NCBI GenBank assembly: GCA_964016885.1
Contig: OZ024743.1
Location: 358,856,001-358,920,000, forward strand
DNA from: Eledone cirrhosa
Taxonomy: Eukaryota
DNA length: 64,000 nucleotides
Direction: 5' to 3'
Position numbers and translations under genes: made by a program. A model generated the notes under the pieces. It worked only from the letters and a program-made list of their open reading frames with translations. It was not told the DNA's origin and ran no database searches. Positions within the stretch are counted from its first letter, which is position 1, and every line of letters begins with the position of its first letter. Shown one piece after another: positions 39,515 to 53,049 of the stretch.

Positions 39515-42300
39515 TACGTGGAGGGAGTATGTGGACGCTGGGTTTTTACTCCCAAAATGCATGGTGGTACACTTGTCCACATCTAGCTTGAGTTGCCAGT
39601 CTGTGATCCATTGTTGCATTGTGTCCAGGTCAGACTGCAAGCAAGATCTACAGTGTTCAGGATCTGTCCTTTTTATCTCAAGGTACAGCTTGATGTCATC
39701 TGCGTATTTCAGTACTGTGGCATTCTTTAAGTTGGCATCTATGTAATTAATATATGCCACAAACAAAAGGGGGCCAAGAACAGATCCCTGTGGTACACCA
39801 GATGACATCTAATATGGTGAGGAATGCTGTCCCAGAACCGTGACTACCTCTCTTCGACTGAGAATGAAGGACTTCAACCAGTTAAAAAGATCATCCTTCA
39901 CACCCATTGCAGAGAGTTTTGCCATAAGCATTTTGTGTGGCACATAATTGAAAGCTTTCGCAAAGTTAAGATAAACAACATCCACCCATGAGCCGCCATC
40001 AGTGATCCAGGTGATGTCTTCAAGAAACTCGATAAGTTGATCACAGCAGCTGGAGTTAGGGATAAATCCAAATTGCAAGGGCCGGATAAGACTGTGATAG
40101 TTCCAGAAGTTCCAAAGTGTTTCTCTGTCACAGGATTCTATCAGTTTGGCAATGCAACTAGTAAGACTGACTGGACGATAGTTGACAGGTGATGTGCGGT
40201 CACCCTTTTTGAACAGAGGAATGACACTGGCAGTTTTCCACTGATCTGGAGTAGCACCGTTGTTCAGACAGAATTGGATGAAGCGTGATAGCTGGTGCAG
40301 AAGGAGGTACCCACCTCGTTTAAGAAGCAGGTACGTAACACTATCAAGACCAGGAGAGGCATGGTTGCGTTTATTTTTAAGGTGACGTCGCAGCATTGCA
40401 GGTGTAAATTCGATGGTTGTAATAGAATCCGGTGTCATAGGTGGTGGAGACGGTACACTCTGGTCTTCAATAATGAAAATGCCTGCATAGCATTCAGCAA
40501 TGAGCTCTGCGCATTCCTTGGGGTCTTCAGTAACCTGGCTTGTGTGGGGATTGTGAAGAGGACCAACTGGAGAATGGGGCCTCTGCTTTGAGTGAACATA
40601 CTTCCAGAACACCTTACTGTCAGGGCTGGTTGCTATGCGCTGCTCAAATTGAAGCACTGCCTTTTTTGTCACCTGTTTGAGGTGGTTGGATGATTTATTT
40701 CGCCTCTTCCTATTGATGTCTGATTTATGCAGTTTGTACTCACGTTCAGGATTACGATGTTCTTTTCTGGCAAGACGGACTGCTGCAGTCTCCCAAATTG
40801 CACTTTTGGGATGTTTTTTCTGCTTACGTGGCATCGATGCTGCTCAGGATGTCCTGGAGTACAGTGTTGACATCTCCAGAGTCGTAGAACTCAAGCCAGT
40901 TTGGACCTTGCAACTTGGTGCAGTACAGTTCCAGTCTGCTTTATTCAGTCAAAGTGAGCAGTTTGGAGATGGTTGTGGTTTTTGTTACTGCCCATGAGGG
41001 ATAGATTGGCAATGATCATAGCATGATCAGAGTCACCTAAAGGTTCCTCAGTAACACTAATGACCGTTTCAGGAGTAGTGGTGAAGAGTAGGTCCAAAGT
41101 GTTGTCACCTTTTGTTGGGGAGATGACTACTTGGGACCAATTCGAGTCCAGCACAAGGAAGTCATTTGCACTTGGTGGCCAACAAAAGGTTTCCCAGTCA
41201 ACCTCAGGGTGATTGAAGTCCCCTGCAATAAAAGTGGCTGTTTTCCTGGCAGGAGCTCTGAGGATATCACACAGTTGAGTGTCCTGATGGTAATTTGGGG
41301 GACGGTAAACGACTCCAAGTAGCAGTGTTGACATGGTCATAGATCATCCAAAGACTTGCGCGAAGGGTGCTCTACGCCTTGGCCAACCAGGTCCGAAACC
41401 CAGGCTAATTAGGCTGTTTTTTCGAACTCAACTGAGGCACGTTCATACCTTGTAGCCTCTGATAAAGCTAGGCGTGAAAGTCGGATTGCTTTCCGAACAC
41501 GCCCTGATCTTCCACCTGATGTCCGCCCAAAGTTGCGTGCTGCAGCTTCCTTAAACCGCAGCTCAGCAGAACAAGAAAGCTTCAGCCTACGTGATGATGG
41601 GCAGATATGGAAGTTTATTAAGGCTGGTGAACCATGGAAAAGAGATACCAGCTGGTCTGAAAACACTGTACCCACAACAACTAACAATAAAAAAAACTGA
41701 AAAAACTCTGGGAAACTAAATCAGAACAACCTGCCATCCCCTGCACATAATCATATACTGGAATCAAGGTACAAATTGTTGTCCTTGAATGCACGCAGTC
41801 TATGCAATAAGATTCATATTGCAAATGCCTGAAGATCAACCATGTCTTCTGGTGCACCAATGGCAATCACCTCGTGGTTTGCAGATTCAGTGGCATTCTC
41901 AATGCGTCTAGATTCAACATGAGGTACGCGGAGATTTTTTAACAAGGTATTCCGGTAAGATCCCTCATTGTGAGGTTCTACACGAACGCTTGGTTTTATT
42001 CCCGCTATTTCTCGGCTTAAAGCGGAAATCATTTGCCGTATTTCCTCAAACTCCGTATTGACGGTCGATTTTTGTTGTTGTTCTCCTTCAACAGGCATGG
42101 TAGGGGAAGACACAGTCGTCGGTTGTTGTTGTTGAAAAGTAACGGGGGAGGAAGACATGGGTTGCTGTTGTTGATGATGTCCTTCAACGGGGGTAGTAGC
42201 AGAAGCTACGGTCGCTGGTTTTTGGTTTTTGGTTTTTGATGTTGTTCAGGAACAATGGTAGAGGAAGACACGATCTTCGATCCAAGTGTCTGCAAGTACA
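39515..42300 (-). mobile_element. Decayed CR1/L2-group LINE (ORF1, APE, RT) with an internal inversion
   Basis: APE motifs VYRPPN, GDFNHP, GDSDH; RT motifs NYRPVSLTS, YLNFAKAF, GVPQGSVLGP, KYADD; ORF1 RRM motifs. Confidence 0.9.
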
Positions 42301-42629
42301 ACCAAAAGCTCACCGTAATCTACATCAAATCCAAACAAAACATTTCAGACAACTGTCTAAATAAATCGAAAAATATGTGGAATTGAAAAGAAATAACCAA
42401 AGTTAGAAACTATGCCAAATTACCATCGAATACACCACGAAAAGTATATATAAAGGCGCACATGGCAGATTAATGTTTTCTCCGCTGGTGAGTTTTTCCA
42501 AGATTTTGATACATTTTTTGTGAGCATTCCTAAAAAAAATGTTTAATAGCAACACTTACACAGGAGAACGAGTTGCGCATTGGAGAATTTTCCTCTAACA
42601 AACCACCCTGGAACGTGTTGGCAGGTCAA

Positions 42630-43195
42630 TTAAATCGACCCCAGTGCATTACTGGTGGTTTTATTATATCGACCTCGTAAGAGTGAAAGGCAAAGCTAAC
42701 CTCGGCAGGATTTGTACTCTGAATGTAAATGGCCGTAACTCTATGCCGCAAAGCAGGGTGTCCGGTGCTCTCTCGATACTGCTGATCCAATAATAATAAT
42801 TGTTTCTACTTTTGGCACAAGGCCAGCAATTACCCAGTGTATTACTGGTACTTTATTTTATCGACCCCGTAAGGATGAAAGGCAAAGTTAACCGCGGCGG
42901 GATTTGAACTCAGATCATAAATCATAAAGGGCCGTAACTCTTTGCTGCACAGCATAGCGTCCGACCCTCTACCGATACTGCCAATCCACCAATAATAATA
43001 ATAATTGTTTCTACTTTTGGCACAAGGCCAGCAATTACTCAGTGTATTACTGGTACTTTATTTTTTCGACCCCGTAAGGATGAAAGGCAAAGTTAACCTC
43101 GGTGGGATTTGAACTCAGAATGGCTAGGGCCGTAACTCTCTGCGTCAAAGCATGGCGTCCGACCCTCTACCGATACTGCCAATCCACCGCCCTTA
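42630..43195 (-). mobile_element. Three head-to-tail Nin-domain SINEs separated by (AAT)n
   Basis: Copies at ~42630-42790, 42797-42990 and 43003-43192. Confidence 0.85.
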
Positions 43196-43680
43196 TATCC
43201 ACCAATAATAATAATAATAAGAAGAAGAAGAATATATCGAAGTTGTAGCCGCTGTATAGTAGATACCAATTGAATTGTTTGAGGTAGTCACAACGCCCCC
43301 TTTTGTCCCTCGAAATCACGAAACTCCCCCTACCCCCGCCACCCTATTTTTTCATTTTTCAATATACTACTGATTTTTATATCAGTAGATTACTAAAAAA
43401 TTGATTAACAATATTCCAAAGATGTGTGTATTATCTGATTATGTGTTGTATGTGGTCCTAGATGTGTGTTCTACTCGCTTCTGTTTTTTTCTTTTCTTTT
43501 TTTAATTTGTAATATTATTTATACAATAGGGAATAAAATAGATCTACATAGTGTTAACTCGTTACGGTTGAGTCAATCATTTCAGACATGAAATACATTG
43601 TTATCGGTGAAGGAAAGATAAGAATCTAACTGGCTGAGCTCAAAGTGTCTTTTACCCAGTTGACTGTAGGTTTTTACATT

Positions 43681-43800
43681 TTTAGGATCTCAATTACCGG
43701 ACATGCCTGCACACTTGCTCACAGTTGCAGACAGCATAACTATAGTCTGACCGCAGCTGTGAGCAGGTGTGCAGGCATGTCCGGTAATTGAGATCCTAAA
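43681..43800. repeat. Fold-back hairpin (~50-bp arms)
   Basis: tttaggatctcaattaccggacatgcctgcacac.. / ..gtgtgcaggcatgtccggtaattgagatcctaaa. Confidence 0.85.
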
Positions 43801-44879
43801 CTGGACGATCTCTCTCTCTCTCTATATATATATATATAACGATTTCTATCGATTCTCATCTATTCGAGATCTTCCAGTTTAGGTCATCGACACGCGCACA
43901 CACGCACACACACATATGTATATATATATATGTACACACAAAAAAATGTATGTATGGCTGATTTTTGTCAATAAACACATGGACAGGGGATCGTTAACCT
44001 GACTGTACAGTGACCTTGTATTTGATAATGAATTTTATTATCGATAATAACAACAATAATAGTATCCCCACTAGTATTTATTAAAAAAACACCTCAAAAA
44101 TAAAATTGAATAATGAACAGAGATAGCATAAAGAAGGGCAGATCTGGCTGTAAAGGAAAGTAGAGGGAATGACTATAAATGCCATAAATGAGAGGAAAAG
44201 GAGGAAAAATAAAGACTATTAGGCCGCAGAAGAAATGGAGGGGAAGGGGAGCGGGTGATGGTTCTATGACTAGGACGGGGCTGTATATGTAAAATGAAAT
44301 AGAATATATGAAAGTAGGTATTTATAATCGAAATATAGTGTAGTGAAATATACATGACCACACACAATAGACTTTCTCATTATTTAACTTATCAGTGTCC
44401 ACTCTAATTTCGTTGGGCTGGTGTCTTAATGATAATAACTTAATTAAATTATTGAGTGAGTGGGAAAATGACCGAAGGTGTATTCGAGAGCACGCGTCTG
44501 AAAGTGTTGAAGATGGGCATTTTCCTCTTCGGCGACGCTCTCATTAACTTTTTCAGCTTTCACATGAAAAGGAAAATCATGGTGGAGAGGGAAGTGCTGC
44601 TTTCCAGCCAGTTTGGTGAAAGGTGGGTGTGAGAGGCAAGAATGGCCCGTGAATGGACCTGCCCCGAGAGTGTGCCTGTAATATTGAAGAAGGACATCTA
44701 GGATACGGCGCTTGCCCTAGTGGTCAGGGTAACCGTGGCTTTTGTGGGCTTTCTCCACGAGTAACCCTTGGAGTCTCCTCACCTTTGGGGAATTTGTTAA
44801 TTTTTTAATTTTTATTTTATTTCACTGTATCGTCCTGTACCGTCTCCTTAGTGTTTTCTCATAGGAAATCCTAAGACTT

Positions 44880-46070
44880 CTACAGAGGCTGCATAGGTGG
44901 AATTATTTTAGCACTTTCTAGGAATCTTCAATGTCATTAGAAATCTGTCGAGGGATGAGTTAGGTTTTGCAGAAAGTTCCAGCCTCCTATCAGTGGATCT
45001 CAAAACACCTACATCAACCTTGACTGAAATAGGTAGCTTTTGAAGACGCTTTTTGTGGGGGAAATTTGAATGAAACCTTACTGCGCAGCAGTGCATGATT
45101 CGAAAGGTAACAAGAAAAGTGGAAAAAACCCTCCAAAAAACCCGAGTGATTTTGAAATCTTTTAGGTCACGCCTGTGTGTGATGACATAGTCAACCATGT
45201 ACCTATCTTTGGATCTAGGATGCATCCAGGTTGCCTTATAGTTTGCAGGTTGTTGAGAAAAGATCAAATTCCTTGCAGAGTGAAAGCAGTCTATGCCTAT
45301 TTGAGTTCATGGCTCTGACTCCATTAAACCCAAGAACGTCATGACATGGTTGATCGTCACTTCCAGCTCTAGCATTGAAATCTCCCATTATGATGAGCTT
45401 GTTCCTGTATGGAGACCATTGTATGAAGTTCGTCATAAAATGTTGCGATATCCTGCTCAGATGAATAAAGAGTTAGGGCTTAACAACTCACTATTGTAAC
45501 AGAGGTGTTGTTAGCTAGACCCAGAGAAAGAATTATGATATGATCGCTGACACATTTGACTAATGATGTTAAGAATCTAGCAATGTCAGATCTAATGACA
45601 AAACCAATACCAGTGACGGTGGTGCTCTTAATTTCTTCTGGACCAGAAGTCTGTGTGCTCTTCTCTCACATTTCCCATTTAGGACGTGCCAAGGAGTCGG
45701 GTTTTACATAGCAGATATCGATGTTATATCTGTTGAGTGCATTGCAATTGAGGGTTGATCTTTGGTCCAGACATGAATTGATGTTCCTGAATGTTCTCAC
45801 ATTTCAGGAACCAATATTTAAATTTAAATTCTTTGTTTTATTTCGACTGCATATTTGAATAACCAGTCAGCCGCGGTTTACTGTCGGATTAAAAGATTGA
45901 ACAAGGATTTGTTTAGGCTCCTTTTATCGTCACCTCCCTGTCTAGGGAAAGCAGTGCTATGTCTAAAAAAGGTCTGCTTTATCACGATCAGAGGACACGA
46001 ACAGTACACATTGCTCATATTTGTGCATGAACAGACATCACCTGATGGTCGCCACAGTGTAGAGCTATAG
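44880..46070 (-). mobile_element. RTE-clade LINE 5' fragment (5' UTR plus decayed APE domain)
   Basis: NIGS*NVRT start at ~45815, IIMGDFNARAG, TWMHPRSK..VDYVIT..RRD. Confidence 0.8.
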
Positions 46071-46216
46071 CTAAGGATTTTATGTAATACTCTTTACATG
46101 TCTCCGTTGCCTTTGTTTTCTCGACACTGGGCTTTGTGTTAATGGTGGGATATGAAATAGGACAGCTGTTGAGCTAACCACACAAATGGGTTGTGAACCA
46201 GCCACAGTTTTTGGAA

Positions 46217-46252
<36 letters not shown>

Positions 46253-46264
46253 ATGCGTGTGTGT

Positions 46265-46344
<80 letters not shown>

Positions 46345-46346
<2 letters not shown>

Positions 46347-47250
46347 TTTATTTTTGAATTTGTTTTGCAAGATTTCTTATATGAAAACGTATGTTGAAAC
46401 AGATATTGTTATACTTTGCTGCCAATAAAAACACACATCTGTTGGTTTTTCATTTCAGTTTATTATAAATTTCTGGTTGGTTGGTTGGTTCTATAACTGG
46501 ATGGTTGTTTATACATTGTCAAAGCTCTATCGTCACACATTCTGTGACTTCCTCAATGACTAGGTTTTTATTTTGTGTCTCTCCTTTGTTCTATCCTACA
46601 CCATCTTGTTTTTGTGTGTTGCGTGTTATGTGCTTAGTTTGCGCATCCGTTACATCCGTGTGTATTTATTTATTTATTTAAGTGTTTATTTACTTGTCAT
46701 TAGTTGGTTGTTTGTTCTATGTGTGTGTGTCTGATTTAGTTTGGTTTTTGTGTGTGTCTGTATGTCTTCATTTTGTCCTTAATTACTAGTTGTGATGATG
46801 CTATTTCACACTTTCCTGTTTAATTTTAGTTGGAGTTCGTTTATATTTGTCGCCTCTGTGATTTGTCTGAGCATTACATCTGTTCTGTGTGTGGATATAA
46901 TTTTTATCTCTATGTTCTCTAATGTGCCTCTATGTTCTATTTTTGCATGTTGGTGGAGTACTGATGAGTTTTTCCCATCCTGGAGTTCTTGCCAGTGTTC
47001 ACTTATTCTTTCCCTTATGTTACGGGCTGTTTCGCTTATGTATGTTATGTTCTTATTCCTACCCAGTCCCTCAGTACATTTTATGCTATATACTACGTTC
47101 CTAGTTGTGCAGTTAGTTTGCGGGCTTAGCTTGCAGACTATACATTTCCTATCAGCACAGCTATCATAAATTTGTAAATGGTCGTAGTTTCTGTATTTTA
47201 CACACCACACGCATAGAACTGTTGCCATCATTCTGTGAAAAATTCGTTGA
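46345..47250 (-). mobile_element. PLE 3' fragment: GIY-YIG ORF (46806-47231) plus family C pLTR
   Basis: CxxC..CTTRNVVYSIKC..YISETARNIRERISEH..H..EA..LN; mutated HHR at ~46518-46560. Confidence 0.85.
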
Positions 47251-47315
47251 ATTCTAACAAGTAGTTTTTAAATACAATAAAATAATATTACGTTGTTAAT
47301 AATTTGAAACGTAAA

Positions 47316-47377
<62 letters not shown>

Positions 47378-47857
47378 TTGAAGAAAACTATCCGCTGAGG
47401 ATCGCCAAGAATTTTCCCCTAGGTTTTTTCGTGTGTTTTTATCTAATCTGATCTCAGACACACTTGTAATCGCCTTCTTTTCCGAGAGCGGAATGGAGTA
47501 GGAGCAAGGGGAAAAACCCTCGGATTTTCCCAGCCTCTGAGATTTTTTCAGTGAGAAAAACAAAAGTGAGAAGGGAGAGGGACACTCGGAGTTACAGATA
47601 AACACCTCCCAGCCGTTAAGCCTTATAGAAAAGCAGTCCCTTGATATTGAAGGATGTTTTGATCCTTCATCATTTTCAACTGTTGTGGAAAGCGTTGTAA
47701 GCTTGATTATATATACTAATTTCCTCTATGGTTGATATTACATCTTACACCTTTATTGCTATGTAGTTGATGGTTACTATTTCACTGTGTGATGCAGAGG
47801 TATTATATATTCACACGCACGGACACACACACACACACACACACACAGACACAGACA

Positions 47858-47943
<86 letters not shown>

Positions 47944-48427
47944 TACATATATACATATATATATATATATAATAGTTGTAAATCGAAGTTTAGATGTTGT
48001 ACAGCAAGTACTATTCCATTTGTTTGAGGCAATCACAAAGCACTCAATACACCGAAAGATAAAAGCAAACATTAGGTACAGAGTTAAGACAACTGTTATA
48101 AAGTGCAACACCAAGAAACCAATTTAAGTCACCGGCTATTCATATAACATAACTACGATAGATACCGAAAGGTTTAACTAACCTGGACCATATCTGATTG
48201 ATTAAAATCGATATAATCGATAAAATCTCAAATACGTTTCTGGGACTCCTGGAAGTTATACAACTAGTTATATAATGCAAAAGTAATACAGATAATATAT
48301 GTGTGTACTTCCACAATCGAAAAGGAGTCCAGTCTTCTGCAGGTTTCATCCTTATTAATATTCCGCCATAGCGATAGATTCACCACTACTTGTAGTAGTA
48401 ATTTTGTTGTAGTAGTAATATATATAT

Positions 48428-48549
<122 letters not shown>

Positions 48550-48984
48550 GGTCCTTGCCTATTTCGTCCCACCTAGTTCTTTTACTTATTTCGTTATTTC
48601 TTTATTTCTTTCTTTACTTCTTTCTTTCTTTCTTTATTTATTTATTCTAGCCTAACAATAGCTAGAGACCTAGGTCGTAGAACTTGCTCTACTTTTTTCT
48701 TTACACTTATTCGCTTTTCTTCACTCTCAGTATTTTTTCTTTCATATATATTTTCACCCCCCCATTGTTCTACCTACCGTTCCGACTTCTTCCCCCTCCC
48801 CCTCCCCAGTATCTTCTTTGACCTCATGCCCAGCTGTAGCTGGCACTACCAACGCATGATTGGGTCTACTCCACCCCCTCCCCTCTTTCTCCTACTGGCA
48901 GGTTTAGCCACCATCTCCCCTACTAATTTGCAATCACAGAATTACTACTGATTTTTGACAATCACTTTGACCATATATGGAATT

Positions 48985-49078
48985 ACCCCTTGAGAAGATC
49001 GGCTATTTAAATACCAGGATAAATTTACATTTAGTCCAGAATTAGCCGTCGATACGGCTTGAGCTCAGCCGTCGGGGT
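48985..49078 (+). ncRNA. Type I hammerhead, U3-A8 variant with long stem II (family A, full copy; A14>U in this copy)
   Basis: acccc-TTGAGAA-gatcggcta...tagccgtc-GATAcggct tgagctc agccGTC-ggggt; the other family A copies have GAAAC. Confidence 0.7.
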
Positions 49079-49169
49079 CTTACTGGTTCCTATTACCCAC
49101 TCTACTACCCCAAGTATTGAGTACTTTGGTGCGTTATGGTCCACCTGGTTCCTTACCACATTTCCTTCG

Positions 49170-49171
<2 letters not shown>

Positions 49172-49234
<63 letters not shown>

Positions 49235-49240
49235 ATATTA

Positions 49241-49328
<88 letters not shown>

Positions 49329-49382
49329 ATATATATATATATTATATATATTATATATATATATATATTTATATATATTATA

Positions 49383-49458
<76 letters not shown>

Positions 49459-49560
49459 ATATATATATATATTATATATATGTATATATATATATATTAT
49501 ATATATGTATATATATATATTATATATATGTATATATATATATATATTATATATATTATA

Positions 49561-49633
<73 letters not shown>

Positions 49634-49724
49634 ATTATATATATATATATTATATATATATATTATATATATATATATTATATAGATGTATATATATATA
49701 TATATTATATATATTATATATATG

Positions 49725-49758
<34 letters not shown>

Positions 49759-50057
49759 ATTATATATATATTATATATATATATATTATATATATATATT
49801 ATATATATATATATTATATATATCTATATTATATATATATATATATTATATATATTATATATATGTATATATATATATATATATTATATATATTATATAT
49901 ATGTATATATATATATATATATTATATATATATATATATATTATATATATATATTATATATATATTATATATATATATATATTATATATATATATTATAT
50001 ATATATATATATTATATATATATATTATATATATATATTATATATATATATTATATA

Positions 50058-50120
<63 letters not shown>
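49172..50120. repeat. ~950-bp degenerate (TA)n tract
   Basis: Read directly from the sequence. Confidence 0.95.
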
Positions 50121-50125
<5 letters not shown>

Positions 50126-51875
50126 ACGTGGGAAAGTAAAAAATCGGAGAATAGACCGTTAAAACATGTTTATTTAAAATATCACCTACGTACGTTTCGC
50201 CCAGTTGGGCTTCTCAAGGGCATAAATAATCACAAGTGTTCCTTATATAGTTCGGAAAGAGTTTTGGGGGTTAAATCTACATCAAGATTCATTGCTCGCA
50301 AAAATATCTTGTTTTGATTTTGCAGCAGGTCAAGGGAGGTAACTCTGGCCGGTGTTAGGGCAGTCTTTCCTGGATAATTTTTTTTTTTTTTTTTTTTTTG
50401 CCGCATCCGTTTGTCTGAGGCTGGGTCTGGTATGCAAGGATTGTTTTCTGGGTGTTATTTTGCTGCGCCTGCCCGCCGGGGTGTTAAGACTTGTTGCAGG
50501 GAGATCCACTGTACTATTTCACTCTTCATTCTTAACCCATCTAAAGAAGGATATTTTTAAGCGATGTGTACAACTTATCGCTGTTTCAGCTCTGCTGTTG
50601 ATGAGCTCGTGGGGTGCAGTTATGATGTGGTAGAGCTCCATGAGGCAAAGATCGCATTTCCTCTTGAAGTTGTACGGTGCAGCCCTGCCGACAATCTCCC
50701 AGTGCGTGGAGAAGCTGATGTTTAAGTCCTTTAGTGATGTGATGTAGTCCGCGAGCGAAGTGGAGTGCCTTAGTTTTCTATTTGTGAAAGAGTGGAGATG
50801 TGTTCGAAACCTAATTTTGAACGGGCCGGAGGTGGCCCCTATATAATGTTTAACGCTATTGTGGCAAGTAATAGTGCATCTATATATAACCCTATCAGTC
50901 AAGCAGTATCCTCTAAGGAGGCAGCGTCCTCTGTCGCGGCAGTTGCAATTTCTGTCGCGGTTCCGTCTATTTCCCACGGTAAGGCTATCATTATTGCTGC
51001 CTACGTTGTTACCTACGCTACCGCAGCTGTCGTTAGCACAATTACAACCCACAGCACGCGGGATGGTGCGATTGTTATTCCGCACGTCATGTTCTGCATG
51101 TTCCCCAGTCACTTCGCGGTCATTCATCAGCTTCTCCACGCACTGGGAGATTGTCGGCAGGGCTGCACCGTACAACTTCAAGAGGAAATGCGATCTTTGC
51201 CTCATGGAGCTCTACCACATCATAACTGCACCCCACGAGCTCATCAACAGCAGAGCTGAAACAGCGATAAGTTGTACACATCGCTTAAAAATATCCTTCT
51301 TTAGATGGGTTAAGAATGAAGAGTGAAATAGTACAGTGGATCACCCTGCAACAAGTCTTAACACCCCGGCGGGCAGGCGCAGCAAAATAACACCCAGAAA
51401 ACAATCCTTGCATACCAGACCCAGCCTCAGACAAACGGATGCGGCAAAAAAAAAAAAAAAAAAAAAATTATCCAGGAAAGACTGCCCTAACACCGGCCAG
51501 AGTTACTTCCCTTGACCTGCTGCAAAATCAAAACAAGATATTTTTGCGAGCAATGAATCTTGATGTAGATTTAACCCCCAAAACTCTTTCCGAACTATAT
51601 AAGGAACACTTGTGATTATTTATGCCCTTGAGAAGCCCAACTGGGGGAAACGTACGTAGGTGATATTTTAAATAAACATGTTTTAACGGTCTATTCTCCG
51701 ATTTTTTACTTTCCAACGTGCTTACGCTCTGCTAACTCTCTAGCCCACTAAATATTAACACTTCGAATATTTAATACTGCCGGCACTAGTATCGAGCACA
51801 TTTGGCATACGCTACTGGGCAAATAACTATATGTATCACCTATCCCTCCTTTTTCTCTCTTTCTCGATACGTAAA

Positions 51876-51880
<5 letters not shown>
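50126..51880 (-). mobile_element. 5'-truncated PLE (GIY-YIG end) with an inverted ~595-bp duplication of its 3' end
   Basis: Arms 50126-50720 and 51125-51719; ORF CNC..CLLRGYC..VIYRC..YIGATSGPFKIRF..CDLCLME. Confidence 0.9.
50185..50220 (-). ncRNA. Minimal hammerhead, U3-A8 variant; mirror copy at 51625-51660 (+)
   Basis: ccc-TTGAGAA-gccc aact gggc-GAAAC gtac GTA-gg. Confidence 0.7.
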
Positions 51881-51945
<65 letters not shown>

Positions 51946-52142
51946 GAAAAGTATAGAAATTATTGTGCGCAAGAAGCCAACAGTATTCCATGACCCTCCG
52001 AAAGTATAACAATATATACATATAATATATATATATTATATATATATTAACTCACGCGATATGAAAATTAGGCTGCTCAGCCGTTAATATGCATAAGGAA
52101 AGTATATACTTTCAGACGTTCAACCATCTGGCAGGCAGGTAT

Positions 52143-52185
52143 ACGTTGCTGACGATAGCTAATAAGCTTGAAACTAGTACAGCGT
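52143..52185 (+). ncRNA. Type I hammerhead ribozyme, array unit 1
   Basis: Intact core, 6-bp stem I, palindromic ACUAGU stem III. Confidence 0.85.
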
Positions 52186-52575
52186 TCCTTTGTCAGTGTT
52201 GAACAAATGAGCAACGATGGTTGCTAGACACTGTACGGCTTAATTCGGGATGTTTGTTTACAAACACACCGAGCATTATAATAAATGTTCGGTGAATCCA
52301 TACGTACATATATATATGTGTGCATGTATGTATATATATATATATACATACTACTGTACGTATGTATACATATATGTATGTACGTACACATACTTATATT
52401 TAAGTAACAGCCGTACTAAGAGTGAGAAATGAAATTTCGTTTCATTTTTTCCGTTTATCGTTTTCAGTACCCCGGCCGATTAACTCACTCGATATGCAAA
52501 TTAGGCTGCTCAGCCGTTAATATGCGTAAGGAAAGTATATACTTTCAGACGTTCAACCATCTGGCAGGAAGGTAT

Positions 52576-52618
52576 ACGTTGCTGACGATAACTAATAAGC
52601 TTGAAACTAGTACAGCGT
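52576..52618 (+). ncRNA. Type I hammerhead ribozyme, array unit 2
   Basis: As unit 1, with a stem II mismatch (taact). Confidence 0.8.
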
Positions 52619-53006
52619 TCCTTTGTCAGTGTTGAACAAATGAGCAACGATGGTTGCTAGACACTGTACGTCTTAATTCGGGATGTTTGTTTACAAACAC
52701 ACCGAGCATTATAATAAATGTTCGGTGAATCCATACGTACATATATATATGTGTGCATGTATGTATATATATATATACATACTACTGTACGTCTGTATAC
52801 ATATATGTATGTACGTATACATACTTATATTTAAGTAACAGCCGTACTAAGAGTGAGAAATGAAATTTCGTTTCACTTTTTCCGTTTATTGTTTTCGGTA
52901 TCCCGGCCGATTAACTCACTCGATATGCAAATTAGGCTGCTCAGCCGTTAATATGCATAAGGAAAGTATATACTTTCAGACGTTCAACCATCTGGCAGGC
53001 AGGTAT

Positions 53007-53049
53007 ACGTTGCTGACGATAGCTAATAAGCTTGAAACTAGTACAGCGT
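53007..53049 (+). ncRNA. Type I hammerhead ribozyme, array unit 3
   Basis: As unit 1. Confidence 0.85.

Noticed and set aside
49059-50317. Long YI/IY-, HT-, CV- and ER-repeat ORFs here and throughout the window
   Set aside because: They are translations of (TA)n, (CA)n and (GA)n microsatellites that lack stops, with no evidence of coding function.
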